DNA of 64,000 bases from Trichoplax sp. H2 (taxonomy: Eukaryota), in the NCBI GenBank assembly GCA_003344405.1, contig NOWV01000133.1, positions 124,001 to 188,000 on the forward strand, in the 5' to 3' direction. Below the pieces are notes generated by a model. The model searched no databases, was not told the DNA's origin, and saw nothing but the letters and a program-made list of their open reading frames with translations. Of this stretch, positions 13,401 to 27,000 are shown piece after piece (within the stretch, counting starts at the first letter, position 1; each line of letters starts with the position of its first letter). The position numbers and the translations under genes were made by a program.

Positions 13401-16400
13401 TCAAGTATTTTTGGTATAACTTGCGCGGACATTATCTATCTCTACCGTAAGTTTCTCAATATCTTCAATCTTACGAACTACAGAATCATTTGATTGAGGA
13501 TTTCTTTTAGTAACTTCCATAGCGAAATCTTCCTTTTTCTCTAAACCCTGAAGTATTTGCTTTTGTTTGCTCTTAATTGACTTTCTAATTGGCTCAGCAT
13601 AAGCCCAAGCCATTTTATTTTCATCTACGTCGGCTAATTCTGTAACAAGTTTAGGCGTCCAATGTTGTAATATATGTAAAACTTTCAGCTTTTGTCTTTT
13701 AATTCTATTTTTAGACCATATCACGTCAGATATTTTAGCAATAATTGCAGAAATTCCAGCAGAGGTTAACCCTACAAGCGAGAAAATGTTTCGCCATGAT
13801 CTCTTTTCTCTAAATGGCGAAGAAGTCATATGGAAATCATAATCATCGCTCAATTCGTGGTCATCCAATTTGAATACATTATCGAAGTTCTTCAATTCCC
13901 GTAAAATGTAATCGTAATATAAATTCATACATTCTCTTATTTTTTCAGAAAAGTACTTAAGTGGGATACATTCTTTTTCCCAGAACGTTAATAGACGCTC
14001 AAATCGATCCAAAAATAAATTGTAGGCAACGTCTGTGATATTAGTAACTCGTCCCCGAATTGGAATATCTTCTAGTTTCCAAGATATCATGCCAGTTTTA
14101 AATTTATCGCTTTGTAAAAAGTCGTTTAAAGAATTGGCAATTTCTTCGACTCCTACATCAAATGTTTTATCAATATCTATGTGGAAATCTTGATTTTCTA
14201 TGACCTTCTTAGCTGATTGAACACTATTTTTTATCGCACGTAAGTGAGTCATCCGATCAGCAGTATTTAAGGAATTTAATTTAGCCATCGTTTTGTAACC
14301 TTTCTTGACCTCTTTCAGAATCGAATTCATCTCACTTATAGATATACAACAAGTAAAAAACACCTATTAATAGGATACTTACTATATCCATTTCGATATT
14401 ATACATGTTCTTTGAGAATAGCTTTATTGACATATGCTGAGTACGATTAATTCAAAAATATTAACTTGCATAGTTATTTGATTAAGTAGGAAATACATAG
14501 AGTATTTAATTAAAAAACGCCCGATACCTGCTATGAATCAATGTTATCTTCTTCAGACTGTCTTCTATTAGTTGAGAAATAAGTGAATAAACTGCTACCA
14601 AATCGTCCGATATGTATCCTGCTTCAAAATGACTTTGTGTCTCCTCAGTTGATAAAAATAATAGTTGTGAATCGCGAAATCCAGGCCAAATTGTTTTCAG
14701 CTTATCTTTAGTGTCTTTTTCAACCGTACTTTTTTCTGCATCTGGGACCTCATCCCATTTATTGCAGATAAAAATAGCTGATTCCGGAGAGAATTTGTTG
14801 AATTTTTCCTTCTCTACATTTCTCATTGTGCTAGTAAGTCTCACAAGCTGTGAATCAGCGAAAACATCTGTTATCTTCGATAGATACCGGAACTTAGATT
14901 ATAATCACTTCGTATTAAATCTGATTATTTTAAAAGCTTACTCGATCTGTATGTATACCACCAGCATTTGCAGAATTGATGACATAAATAATTGAGCATG
15001 CCTTGGGTAAGTACTTTTCGATTTGCTGATTTGCTAAAGATGTTTCCCCAATTCCTGGGCTATCTGCTACGAATATACCGGCCTAATTCAATTTAGAAAG
15101 AATTCCGTATAAACTATTTCTGTCCATGTTTGCTAAATCACAATAAAGGGTATTGGTAACTGTAATAATAACCAGCTAATACCATCTAATAGATTAATAT
15201 TTTTTGAATGTCTAGAAAATAAACTAAACAGTATTATAGTTGCATAATTAAACGTTCCATTAGTCAAATGTTGAATTTTTTCTCATTTGCCTTACAGTAC
15301 TCCGATCACTGTTCTTATCAAATTCAATCGCACTAGACAAACCTTTAAAAAATTAAAATTCCAATAAATTTCGAGCTTTCCAGTTGTTAATTGTGTATCA
15401 TCCGAATCCTCATCAGCAGATTCATCATCTGTAGAGACAGATAATTCGGGTATGTCTTCAATGCCTGTATTGACTTAATCTAGTAGAGAAATCCTTGATA
15501 TTTACCTGCTATATTTGTGAAAAAATTTTTCTTGCCTATCGATCTCATGGCTTCTTTAATCTTTGATTTCATATCGTGAGCATCTTTAATTTGAGTTATT
15601 TGTTCTAATTGTTCCAACTTTTTATTAACTGGATTCCAAGCAAATGGCTTTATGCAAGCATCTGTCGAATAATATAATTCGCATATACATGTTGTTGAAT
15701 GCAAATGACTGGCAGTTAGCAAGGATTCGCCTAGGATTAAATTAATAAAGCTGCTCTTTCCAGCGCTTACTTCTCCTAAATTCATATACAAGTAAAATGT
15801 TAGCTATCATCAAAACCGTAATGTATTTGAGAGAGAATCCACTATGCAGGATAAAATTAAGCAACTATTATTCAATCGACTTGACGCAACTAAACTGACA
15901 GAAGATAAAGTTTATCGTTAAATGGTACAGCTTAAATAGTTTACATGCTAAATCATATACAGTTAGCTACATTTTTGCATTGCAGTATTATTTAATATTT
16001 TATCGAAAAAGGATATTATTAACTATGGTCCATTCTAAATACTGCGTAGGTTACATTTGTTAGTGGAGACCAGGTAAACATAAAAAAACGGAATAAATCG
16101 TTACGCTTAAGCACATAATTGGCCACTTTAGCAAGTATTGCAAACTGTATGCATATTGTTTCTAAATGCGAATTACATATAATAAATGCCTGAATAATGT
16201 GTTGTTGCGGATTATTAGCAATAAATGACTACTATATTGTTATAGTAAAAGATTAGCTATTTTTGATAGACCTGCAACAAGTATTGGATATTCCATGTCG
16301 CGTAATTTGCTAATATATTTGCCTATGTTTTGCAGATAGTGGCGATGCTCATCATTTGCATTGACTATATTAGCAATCTCTGGTTCTAATTTTTGAAAGA

Positions 16401-16867
16401 TAAGCTGATTTGCTGTTTCTAATATACTGATTAACTGTATCTTTATTTCTTCAAATTTGATAATGGCGTTTTTGATCCTTTTGTAAGACTGCAATCATAA
16501 AGAGAGATTAACTTAAAAATCAGATTTTCATCAATAAGAATAGTGATGTTTTAATTCAAGTCTTGTAAACCTTCGTCATAATAAATGATACTTTAATCAT
16601 GGAATACAAATATAGATGATATAAATAATTTAGTAAAACAATACAGATTGTGGAAAAGATAGATTTATTCGAATAAATAGTAAGTCTTACGTTGGAGTCT
16701 TTATAATTCCTCACTGTTTGATTTTTTCTAAATAAATCTAATCGGTATCTAAAATCTCGCAAGTTTCTTAGTCCTTTTATACTGACTCCGTACTCTTTAC
16801 AGATAATTCTGCCGCTCTTTAATTCGTTTATTCCTTCAATTTGACTTTGAGTTATAGTAGATGCCAT
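13401..16867 (-). CDS. Gene B (family Z): dynamin-like GTPase with shortened hydrophobic hairpin; frameshift and stop in exon 3 (possible pseudogene)
   Basis: Exons 16867-16691, 16488-16272, 15775-15343, 15082-14942, 14847-14528, 14334-13401. GEVSAGKS, DSPG and NKWD are present. Exon 3 is 433 nt (out of frame) with TAG at 15482-15480; all other exons are open. Confidence 0.75.
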
Positions 16868-19199
16868 TTCTAGATGATTAGTACGCCAAAATACCTTGTG
16901 AAGTAGATCCTGTACTATGCCAAACTGTCAATCTATTGCTTTAACCCTAAACTGAAAATAATGGCCAAAATAAATTTTATCAACTTTAGACTTTGTTAAA
17001 TTTCTAGGTTTTCTAATAGTACCGTTTAAATGATGCAAAAAAATTTTCTTCAAATGTTGATTGGCACTGTCTATTCAACTTAAATCAAATTATAGTAGAT
17101 TAGCTACCTTATACTCATAACTACTTTGACTATCATCTTTCTAGAGGAAATAATATAGATTTTAATGAGGATTAAACTAACAAATTTGAGAATACTCGTA
17201 TACAATTGTAAAGCTTGTCTCTCTGATGGTATTTCTTGCCCTCTGCCGAAATATCTTAAGAGAATATGGTCAGTCTACTAATTATCTACAAAGATGAAAT
17301 TTTTTTTCCAAATTTAACCCTATAAACCCAATGTAACTTACGAAGTCATTACATTATAGCACATTCGCTAGAATAGTAGTATAATATTCACATTCTATAG
17401 ACTTTAATATTATGAATAATTATAATCATTCGATCGATTAGATCTGATGATACTTTGTACAGCGCATTGGTCAAATTTTAAAGTTAGAAAACAAAGTTTA
17501 GTATTACATTTCAAATCTCACACAATATATAAATAGCTAAATTACATTGCAATAAAGCTCTAAGATAATATAGATCTTACCAATTGGAATAAGTAATTGT
17601 AGCACACGAAAGTTGACGACGTATCATACAATGTTCAATCTAATAGTAAAATCAAAAAGAAATGCGTGCATACAGCGTTTCAAGCGTCATAAACTATTTG
17701 TTAGGAAAATGCCTGTATAATAAAGCACAATTAGGCTTTATATCGACTGTGTCTGATGATAAAGTGGCGTGAAGATCAAATAATTCGATGTCCAGCGCTT
17801 CTTAAATCACACTATTCGAAGGTATGGATGTTGATTGCTTAACACATTGCATAAATGATTATGTATAATTAAACCTTGAGGTCTTAAGGCTTTTAATTAT
17901 AGTCTCAGTATCCAATGTTTTAATAAATTCTCTAGCGACAGCACAACCGAATTGGATATACTTTCTCTGCGGTCGTGAATACAACCTATTCCATTCTTTT
18001 ACTTTATGTATAGTATAGTTTTAATAATGGCATTGTAATAGACAATATGAGCCTGTGTCTTATTATGTAATTATCGAATTTACCGAACATGCTATTCATG
18101 ACTATCTTCACTAAGAAGTATTAATTTTTCATGATATAAATGCATATACGGAGATCGTGTAGTACTGTACTGTCGTTACGTTTGGCAATAACAATTAAAA
18201 CAAATTATGAATTATCGTTACGAATAATGTACTGCGACTACAAAGATTAAATATAATCTCACTAACGTAGGCATGTTGACTAAAACAATTGAGTAGCAAT
18301 AGACGATAGCGTTGATTCTATTCGATTATACATTTCTTTTACCAAATGCAGTAATAATGTCGAAGCAACAAGTTGTGTTTTCTATGAGTGCTAACCGTTA
18401 AGGATTAAAAGAAAAGCAGACTTTATAGCAGGTTTTTGTTAACAAGAACTTGTACTATTGCAGATTAAAATTGCAAGAACAGTTCTTACCGTATTGATTC
18501 AGATACTCACATTTGCATTCCTAGCTTGCTTATGACTTAAAGATATACAGTAATTAATGCTTGATTTATTATAAGAATGGAGCTCGATGATGACTGTAGC
18601 CTCCTACGAAACCAAAATTGATGCATCCTTGTACAATAACTCAGCAAACTCGATCTTCTCCTGTATCTTGGCACTTTCAGTATTGGTAACACAAATAAAT
18701 TATGATTTAAAAAAGGCTGTTTTACTAAATCCTAGACTATCCAAAGAGAATACGTTATCCTAACCGATTGTACGAGCAATCTTATAAAATAATTTCCCTA
18801 AATAGATAGATCAGGAAAGCATGATGAGGAAACGAACCATAGAATCTTGAAAAGCAAAGATTTTATAAATTTCATAACGATTCAATCAAACGTCATAACC
18901 AATTCTTTCACATTAAGAAAATCACTAAGAAATAAATTACAACCTTTCCACTTTTTAATTCTAAATCATCAATATCATCGTAGGCAATAGATATATTATT
19001 TACTGAAGGAGATACTAGAGCCATTACTGCACACACTATCATCATTTCCGTCCCATTTCGACGGTCTGTCATGCTTACTTTAATTGAATAATTTCCAGAT
19101 AGAATCTATAGAATAATGTAGTTTTGTAAAATGCAATGTAGTGTAATGAAATGAAATGAAAGTGTAGAGATCAAGCTACAAAACTTTAATAAACTTTGA

Positions 19200-20060
19200 T
19201 TGTACTTTCGTTGCGCTCCGGTCGACTAACGAAACTTTGACACCAAATAAAATTTGGAGAAATAATCGATCAACAATTTATTACCAAAAAAAAATGGAGG
19301 GAAGTATAAGCCGAACAACCTTACAAATACTTAGCTTTAAGTATTAATTAAATAAGTGACAGACATAAAAACTGTCAACAACCAAACAACCTTTCAAAAA
19401 GAAGAACGTTTTAATTTATGACAATTCGACCCCGAAGGCCTTTTAAATTCAACAAGTTCTGCAAAAGAATCTTCTTCTACTCTCCCTCTAAATTTTCTAA
19501 TTGCACTATCATTAATAGGCTTCGTAGAGCTGTCAGAGGTATTTAAAACTAGACATTTACTAACCAATCGTTCTTAAGATCTGTTTTAGAAAACTACTTT
19601 GCACCATTTAAGAAAACAAAAATCATTCAAAGTTCAGATACAATTTACCCTATGATTCCCTTACAAAACACTATAAAACCAACACGTTGACAATAAAATA
19701 TATCAAACTTCACTTCTATCATTAATACATTATAAAAGTCTAAAATTTAACCTTTAAGCATCAAGATTTAGTCATAAAAATAACAGTCTAACTACTTAAC
19801 AATCAACACAACCTCTGCCAATTTCCTTCTTATTTTCTATTTTCCTAACTAAACTTTCCTAATGTGACTTTCATGTCACGTCACAAAATTCCAAAGTTTC
19901 AAATTCATAACAAAAAGTTCAAATTTCAAAAATCAACTCTTACAATATTTTTCATAAACTAAAATCCAAAATTTAAAACAGATAAATTAATACAGAAAAA
20001 TTATAAGGGATAAATTACATCGGACATAATTCCGACCGATTCCAAAATCCGGATTTTATA
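19200..20060. mobile_element. Putative non-autonomous element insertion (strand-skewed, hairpins near both ends)
   Basis: Visibly A/C-rich and G-poor on + compared with flanks; hairpin tttcgtt...aacgaaa at ~19205-19234; tcgga...tccga and palindrome aaaatccggatttt at ~20020-20057. No ORF or clear TSD. Confidence 0.3.
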
Positions 20061-21916
20061 AAGATCACAGTATGTTTTATGATGTTTTAGCGTCAGGTTG
20101 TACGGTTACTGTACGATTATAGACTACATTGCAGGACTCTACTGTCATGTTATAAATCCCCTTTCTCTATGGATAGGGTTTTGTTACTAAGTCAAATTCA
20201 TATATAATTTAAATAGACTATCAAACGCCCTTTCTTTAGATTAGGCAATTGCTTTAGGGCTACTGCTATAGTAATCTATATAATACCTTGTAAAATAATG
20301 AAGAAGAAAAGATGGCGACATGATGATTTGGTAGCGTAAAACTTAAAGACACTATCACTTTATAGGTATTTTCTATAGTAAAATAATACTAGTTACATAC
20401 TAAAAGCTATAAAGGATTCTACTTTTAGTCCTTTACTACAGCAGCATACAAATAGCCAACACTTACCGTAGCACTGATTCTCCAAAGGGTAAATTAATAG
20501 AGCGAATTTCTCCTGCACTTATTTCTAATTAAATATTATTTCAGAGTTGATTGATATTGCTATGATTTATGGTAAGTCTCAACTTAATGTAAATTAGATG
20601 TCTGTTGATTATAGTTACTGAATTTTGGAGTAACAGGATCGATAAAGTATAATTTTACTTATGGAAGAGACTATGCGTACGAGGCAATAGTTCTATTCTT
20701 ACAATCTAACATAATAGTTTATTCTTCTCTGTCAAATCTTCAAGAGAGGGATACAGAATATTCAAATATTTATTTAATATTTATGGAACTTCTTTTAGGC
20801 ACTATAAATTATCTTTCAATAAATCTGACATGATCAAACACCTGTTGGGTATCTTTATGATAAGGTTTGTCGATTCTATTAATACTATAATCAATAAGCG
20901 TTAGAATTTAAAAATCGTTTCAATGCCACCGGTACTAATGCGATAAAGGATAGATGGCAAGTTGTAAACTTGTGAACTCTATTATCAAATTAGCTCAACA
21001 ACTGCAGTACTCAAATCAGCTCTTCAATACGGTCTTTGACATATCATAGAATACATTCATTTAACAAATCCTAAATACTAGCATAAAACTTTCTGAATGA
21101 CTAACTAGCCAACTCGACTAGCTGAACTAACTCAACTCTGAGCTACTGTTACGCAGTCGCTTACGTACTGTACTGTGCTAAAACTAGATATCAATGAGTT
21201 TAGTCATTTGACTTAATACGATATATTAAGACCGACTACATTTATATAGTCTGTACAAGTTAAGGTAGTGCAGAAGTACCGAAACCGCATAGTCCTAACA
21301 ATGTATTATGTCGGACATGTTATTACATTATGCCAACTTTGATAATTATATAAATAGTACCGTACTTAATAAGCTACATTCGACGAAAACAATATTTATT
21401 TTTCAGTATAATTAGCCAATTTAATTGAAATCATACAGCATTGCCAATATAAACTATAGTAAAATCCCAAAATTAACCTAATAAATGTACCCTATCATTG
21501 GCATAGTGGAAGTATATCATGAGTTCTTAGTTAATTTATAGCATCTATGAAGTAAAGCTGACTTAAAACCATTAATTGCAAATTACTAGGACCTATAGCT
21601 ATCTAAAGTAAGAATTAATTTTTGCCTACCATTGCAATAAGCTATGTTACGTTCATATTGGAAATGAAATGTTTAAATTATACATCGACAGCTATTCTAC
21701 AGAGCTTTGTACGAATATTTATTTATGGTATTTGGCAAGTATAGCTTGTTTGAGCAAAAAATTTTGTCAAAGAATTTAGGTATAATAAAATCGTGAATAT
21801 TATCATAAGCAGTATCAAAATGGTTAATTAAATAATACAATATAATAAACTACGTTTTTACTACTGATTTTAATACACGTAGATTTCTTAGATAAATGAT
21901 ATGCGATATCTATAAT

Positions 21917-24900
21917 TTAAATGTCGCTGTCATAAGTTTTCAGGACATCGTTAATTCTTGTTCTAAGTTTATTAATGATATCTATCTTTGCTACTGCAAT
22001 ATCGCTAGTTATAGAGAAATCATTTTCAAAAATTCGAATAATAAGCTCTTCATTTGCTTCTAAATGCTGAAATATCTGTTTTCGCATATCCTCATTAGCC
22101 TTCCTAATTGGTGTTGTATAAGCCTGTGCAATTTCAGACGCTTTGTTTTCGTTCGCTAATTCTGAAACAACACTAGCTGCATTTCCTTTCATGACTTGTA
22201 AAATTGTCTTTCTTTGTCTGTCGATGCTTGCTGCTATTAAAACACCATCTATGATAGCTATACTAATCAAGGAAATAATAAGGCCAATGCCGCCTGTTAC
22301 GCCACCGATTACTCCTCCAACAGCTGCAGTAGCAATGCCTTCAGCCATAGAGGCCCCAGCTACTGCAGCTGCAATCCCACTGCCAACAGTACCAGTGATA
22401 ATACCAGCTCCAGCGTAAAAGGATTGCCATGATTTTTTTCTTGTAGCCACAGTGAAATCCAACTGTGGTTTAATTTCCTCAAATGATGAAATCATACTCA
22501 AGTCTGGTAAACTATCAATACTGGAAGTATCTAATTGTAATGAATTTTCTAAGTCCTCCATTGCCTGCAAAATATCACTGTACTGCGCCCTTAAAGATCG
22601 CTGTACATTATCATAAAATAGCCTAAGTTCGCCATTCTGTTTTTCCCACATCATTAATAACCGAATAAATCGATCACAAAACAAACCCCGGGCAACTTTT
22701 TTAATATCGACGATTTTTTCTCGAATTGGAATATCCTCTAATTTCCAGGATGACATACCTTCTTTAAAATCTTCGGTTTTTAAGAACTGAAGCAAAGAAA
22801 TACTTATGTGTGCAGTACCGTGATTGATAATTTTTTCAGGCTCGCTATGAAAATTTTGACTTGCCATGATGCTTTTAGCTTCGCTGTTCCTATACTTTAA
22901 AAGGTGTAGGTAACTTGATTTGCCATCATTGTGCATGAAAGAGCGTGTATCAAATAAACGGTATCGATTAGCCATAACCCCTAATAATGAATGAAACCAG
23001 CTGCGTACGGTATGTGTATATGTAATAAACGAAAGAAAACCGAATGTTAAGGTATAATCTACTACATCAATTTTAATAAGCTACAAAATGTTAATGCTCA
23101 ATTTACTACATTAATTTTAATACGATCCGTTTCGAAAGCAAGGTATATTTTGTAATGTACTCAATACTAATTTGAACTAAAATTAGCATCTTAGTGAATA
23201 TGGTCAGTGATACAATTAAGAAACACAACACACCTGCTATAGTTTACTATGGCCCCCTTCAAGCTGTCTTCTAGTAGTTGGCCTAGAAGGGAGTAAACTG
23301 CTTTCAAATCATTTGATACAAAGTTAGCTTTAAGGTGACTGCGTGCATTCTCAGTTGATAAGGTAATTAGCTGAGAATCGCGAAAATTGGGCCAAATTAG
23401 CGCTAGCTTTTCTTTAATTTTATTTTTAACGGTACTCCTCTCAGCCTTTGGAATAGTATCCCATTTATTACAGATAAAAATAGCTGATTCTGCAGAGAAT
23501 CGCTTTAATTTTTCTTTCTCTAAATTTTGTTCTTCTGTTATAAGTCGCACCAGCTGTCGAGTAGAAAGTGGTTCATTATTTTAGAAAGAAAATTTAGACT
23601 ATTTTTCGTATCTTATACGATTATTAAACACTTACTCGATCTTCTTGTATGCCGCCAGCATTTGCAGCATTAATAATGTAAATAATTGAACATGCATTGG
23701 GCAAATAATTTACTATTTGTTTTGTTGCTAAACATGTTTCGCCAATTCCAGGGCTATCTACCAAAAAAATACCGTCCTAATTTCAATTTGAAAAGAATCT
23801 TACTTCAATTATTTTTGAAAACATTGGCTTGAATTTTGCATTCAATGTAATCTACTAACACCAACAATAGTCAGCTAAATCCATTTAATAAAGCAATTTT
23901 TGTTAAACAGCCAGATGGCAAAAATGTTTCGTCAATGAAAAAACTGATTTTTCTTATTTGCCTTACGATATTTCAGTTAATCGATTAATTCAATTCTATT
24001 CTACTAGCCGAACCTTCAAAAGTGGGAAATCGCTATAAATTTCAACCTTTCCGCATGTTAATTCTAAATCATCAGAATCACTGCGATCGATACAAATACC
24101 ATCTACTGAGGTATTCGATAGGTTTTGTTCTTCTTCGTTCCAATTATCTTCAACTAAGTTAGAAGTTGAACTCCGCCATTTTACTACGAAATCAGTAAAG
24201 ATGTTTTTGCTTGATACCGAATTCATGCTGCTTTTGATCTTTGCTGCAATATTAGAAATATTCTCGATAGGTATCACTTGAGACTCCTCCAACTTTTTCT
24301 TACTTGAATCCCAAGTAAATTGCTTAAAAACAGAATCTCTAGAACTACGTAATTCACATATACATGTTGTTGTGTGCAAATGACCAACAGGTAGCACCGA
24401 TTCGTTCAAGAGTAAATTAATAAAGCTACTTTTTCCAGCACTTACTTCTCCTAACATGATAACCAGGGAGAAATATTGACTATTATTATAATAATACACA
24501 ATTCTAAATCGTTATTGACTCTAAAAGCAATTCTATTAGCATAAAGATTATATTTCTCGAACCTGTAACTAAGATTGGACATTCCATGTTGCGTAAATGT
24601 TTAATGCATTTTTGGATATTTTCTAAGTAATGTTGATCGAAAGCTTTGACTATATCAACAAGTTCTGGCTCTAATTCTTGCAGGATAAACTGGTTTGCAC
24701 TTTCCAATAAATCGATAATTCGCATCTTTGCTTCCCTAAATTTAGCCACTGCACCCTTGAACCTCTTGATGAGCTACAATTATTAGGGAAATTTGACATT
24801 AAAGTATAAGATGTTATTTGTAGTGCACTGTAAAGTGTCAGCTTAGGTTGTACATACTCAGTGGCAATAATATCTTTCTTTAAATTATATAACATATAAT

Positions 24901-25231
24901 TAATAATCTAGGCCTGAGATAGTTTAAGAATATCTTTCTTTCCAATCAACTACAGATCGTAAACGAATATCTTCTAGCTGTAATGAAGACCAAATGTAAT
25001 TGTGCAATAAAATTAAAAAGTGCAACCGGCTAAAAAAATATTTATAGCACTTACAGAATTGCTCTTATAATTTTGGATAGTTTCATTCCTTAGCATTAAA
25101 CCTAATCGTTCTTTAAAATCGCCCAAAGTTTTTAATCCCTCCATACTGATAGCATACTTCTTACAGACCTTTTTAGCATCTTTGAAGCTGCATATTTCAT
25201 CAATCTCGCATTGAGTTATGAGATTCTCCAT
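21917..25231 (-). CDS. Gene C (family Z): dynamin-like GTPase with glycine-zipper hydrophobic hairpin, ~789 aa
   Basis: Exons 25231-25055, 24773-24563, 24450-24014, 23776-23636, 23553-23234, 23000-21917 are in frame with GT-AG boundaries. GEVSAGKS, DSPG, NKWD; GGVIGGVTGGIG hydrophobic segment. Confidence 0.92.
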
Positions 25232-26429
25232 TTCTTATTGTTATTATTCGTCAGCAACAGTAGTTCCAATAATTTTCAGTAGAATATCCTATATACCAAA
25301 CTACAGATTCCTAGAATTGAATCCTTAATTAGAAATTTGAAAGGAAGACATTAATTTTCATATTTGCTTCAAAATTTTTCTATAACTATGCAAAAGAGTA
25401 TACGCGTATGTAAAATGTATTAGTTTTGTAGGAAACTTTTATTACGTTAAGGAAAATAGCTGTCATTTAAAGATTTAAAAATATGCAGTATACCACACTG
25501 GCATCAAGTTTATTTGCCAGGATAGAATGATGATTTTTGACTTGATTTTTCGCAGCATACTGCAGTGATTAACGTGGAGGGCTAGGGTATGCTTTTAAGA
25601 ATTGTAGAAATTTCGTAAACGAGAGAATATATCATAAAGATAGGACAATAAACTACAGTATAAACTCAACTTAGTTTTAAACATAATACGATTTTTTAAT
25701 TTATAAAACTCAGGAAATTTGTCTCGGCGAATTTAATTGGCTAAACGTTTCAATAATAGTAATGCTCGATTTTATTTCGGTTTCTCATTAAGCAAAAATG
25801 TCCCTACTTAACTTAAATTACTTAGTAACTTTTGTGAATTTATATAAGTGGATAATATTTTGGTCTTTGATGGATATTGATTCATTTACGGCAAATAAAA
25901 CATAATATTATTTTAGTTTTAAACTAATAGATGCTGAGATCATCCAGAGAGTTTACATTTTACAAATTCTAGCATGTCAAAATCTTTCATAAATTGCATA
26001 TTTCAGCCGTTTGGATTGACTGATACTAATAGAAAATAGTTATACAAGTTAAGTAAACCCTTCTGCGAGCAAGTGACTAACTGGCAAAATATCTTCATCA
26101 TAATTGACAACCACATTCTGGTGTATAACTATACAATAATTAAAATGCTATAGTAATTCTGTACATACTCGTATATTTTATAGCCGTGCATTAATATAAA
26201 AAAGTTCATACTGAGAATTTTTACTCTTACTGCTATGGGTTGACAAACTGAGAACTATCGGGTTGCTAGTGATAGCTGATTCGACAACCTAACGTAATAA
26301 CTACGATTAATATTTTAAACAAAATAAATTTTACGGCTTGCAAACTGTTTCCAGGAATAGATCTAAAATAGTAGATTAAATAGCGTACGGCATTTAAATT
26401 TCTTTTCCTTCCTAATTACTGACAAAAGT

Positions 26430-27000
26430 TTAAGTAGTTTAGACGCGTATCAGCAGCAGGTTGAAGAAAGTAGACTAGGTGAACATGGATCGTTTGCCTA
26501 CACTATTTAGTATATCAATTGATCCGTTAGCTAATTGAATGATTTTGATATTGCATTTCAATGCTAATAAAGTTAATTAATTACTTTAGGTCTAAGCTTA
26601 CTGATAAAACACCATACCCTTCCAAAGAAATGCTTGCAGTATCTTGATAGCCAATTTTATAAGTATTCGGATATCTGATGTTTCAAATGCATTAAACTAA
26701 TCCTGTTATCGTATTAATGTTGCTGCTGTAGTAGAATGATCGCGATCTACTTTATTAATTTGATCTGGAACGGAAGTACGTTGCGATTCAATATGAAGAT
26801 CAATCAATATGATGAATCATGTCAAGCATAGACATTATTAATTTACGTCAAACCCTGTTGACGTTACGCTGGCATGATGATTGATTAAGCTTAGGCGACA
26901 AAACAAAGTTCATTACAACCCCAGGCGACTAAAAGTTTTATTGTCTTTAGAATAACTGAAACTGTATGGTCCTCCCATGTAATCGCGCTATGATAAATCA
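26430..27000 (-). pseudogene. Heavily decayed coding-like segment, paralogous to ~31890-32450
   Basis: Minus-strand frames align: SPGVVMNFVLSPKLNQSS vs LPKAVIESVSSSRLN*LS; FFNLLL vs YFNLLL. Many stops; product unknown. Confidence 0.35.

Noticed and set aside
14334-14365. Apparent second frameshift at the start of gene B last exon
   Set aside because: Using the acceptor at 14336-14335 (tataag|t) restores frame and aligns with paralogs.
22143-22418. Pro/Ala-rich + strand ORF and similar ORFs at 29692, 44547, 44854 (Cys/Trp-rich)
   Set aside because: Antisense or alternate-frame shadows of the glycine-rich last exon of family Z.
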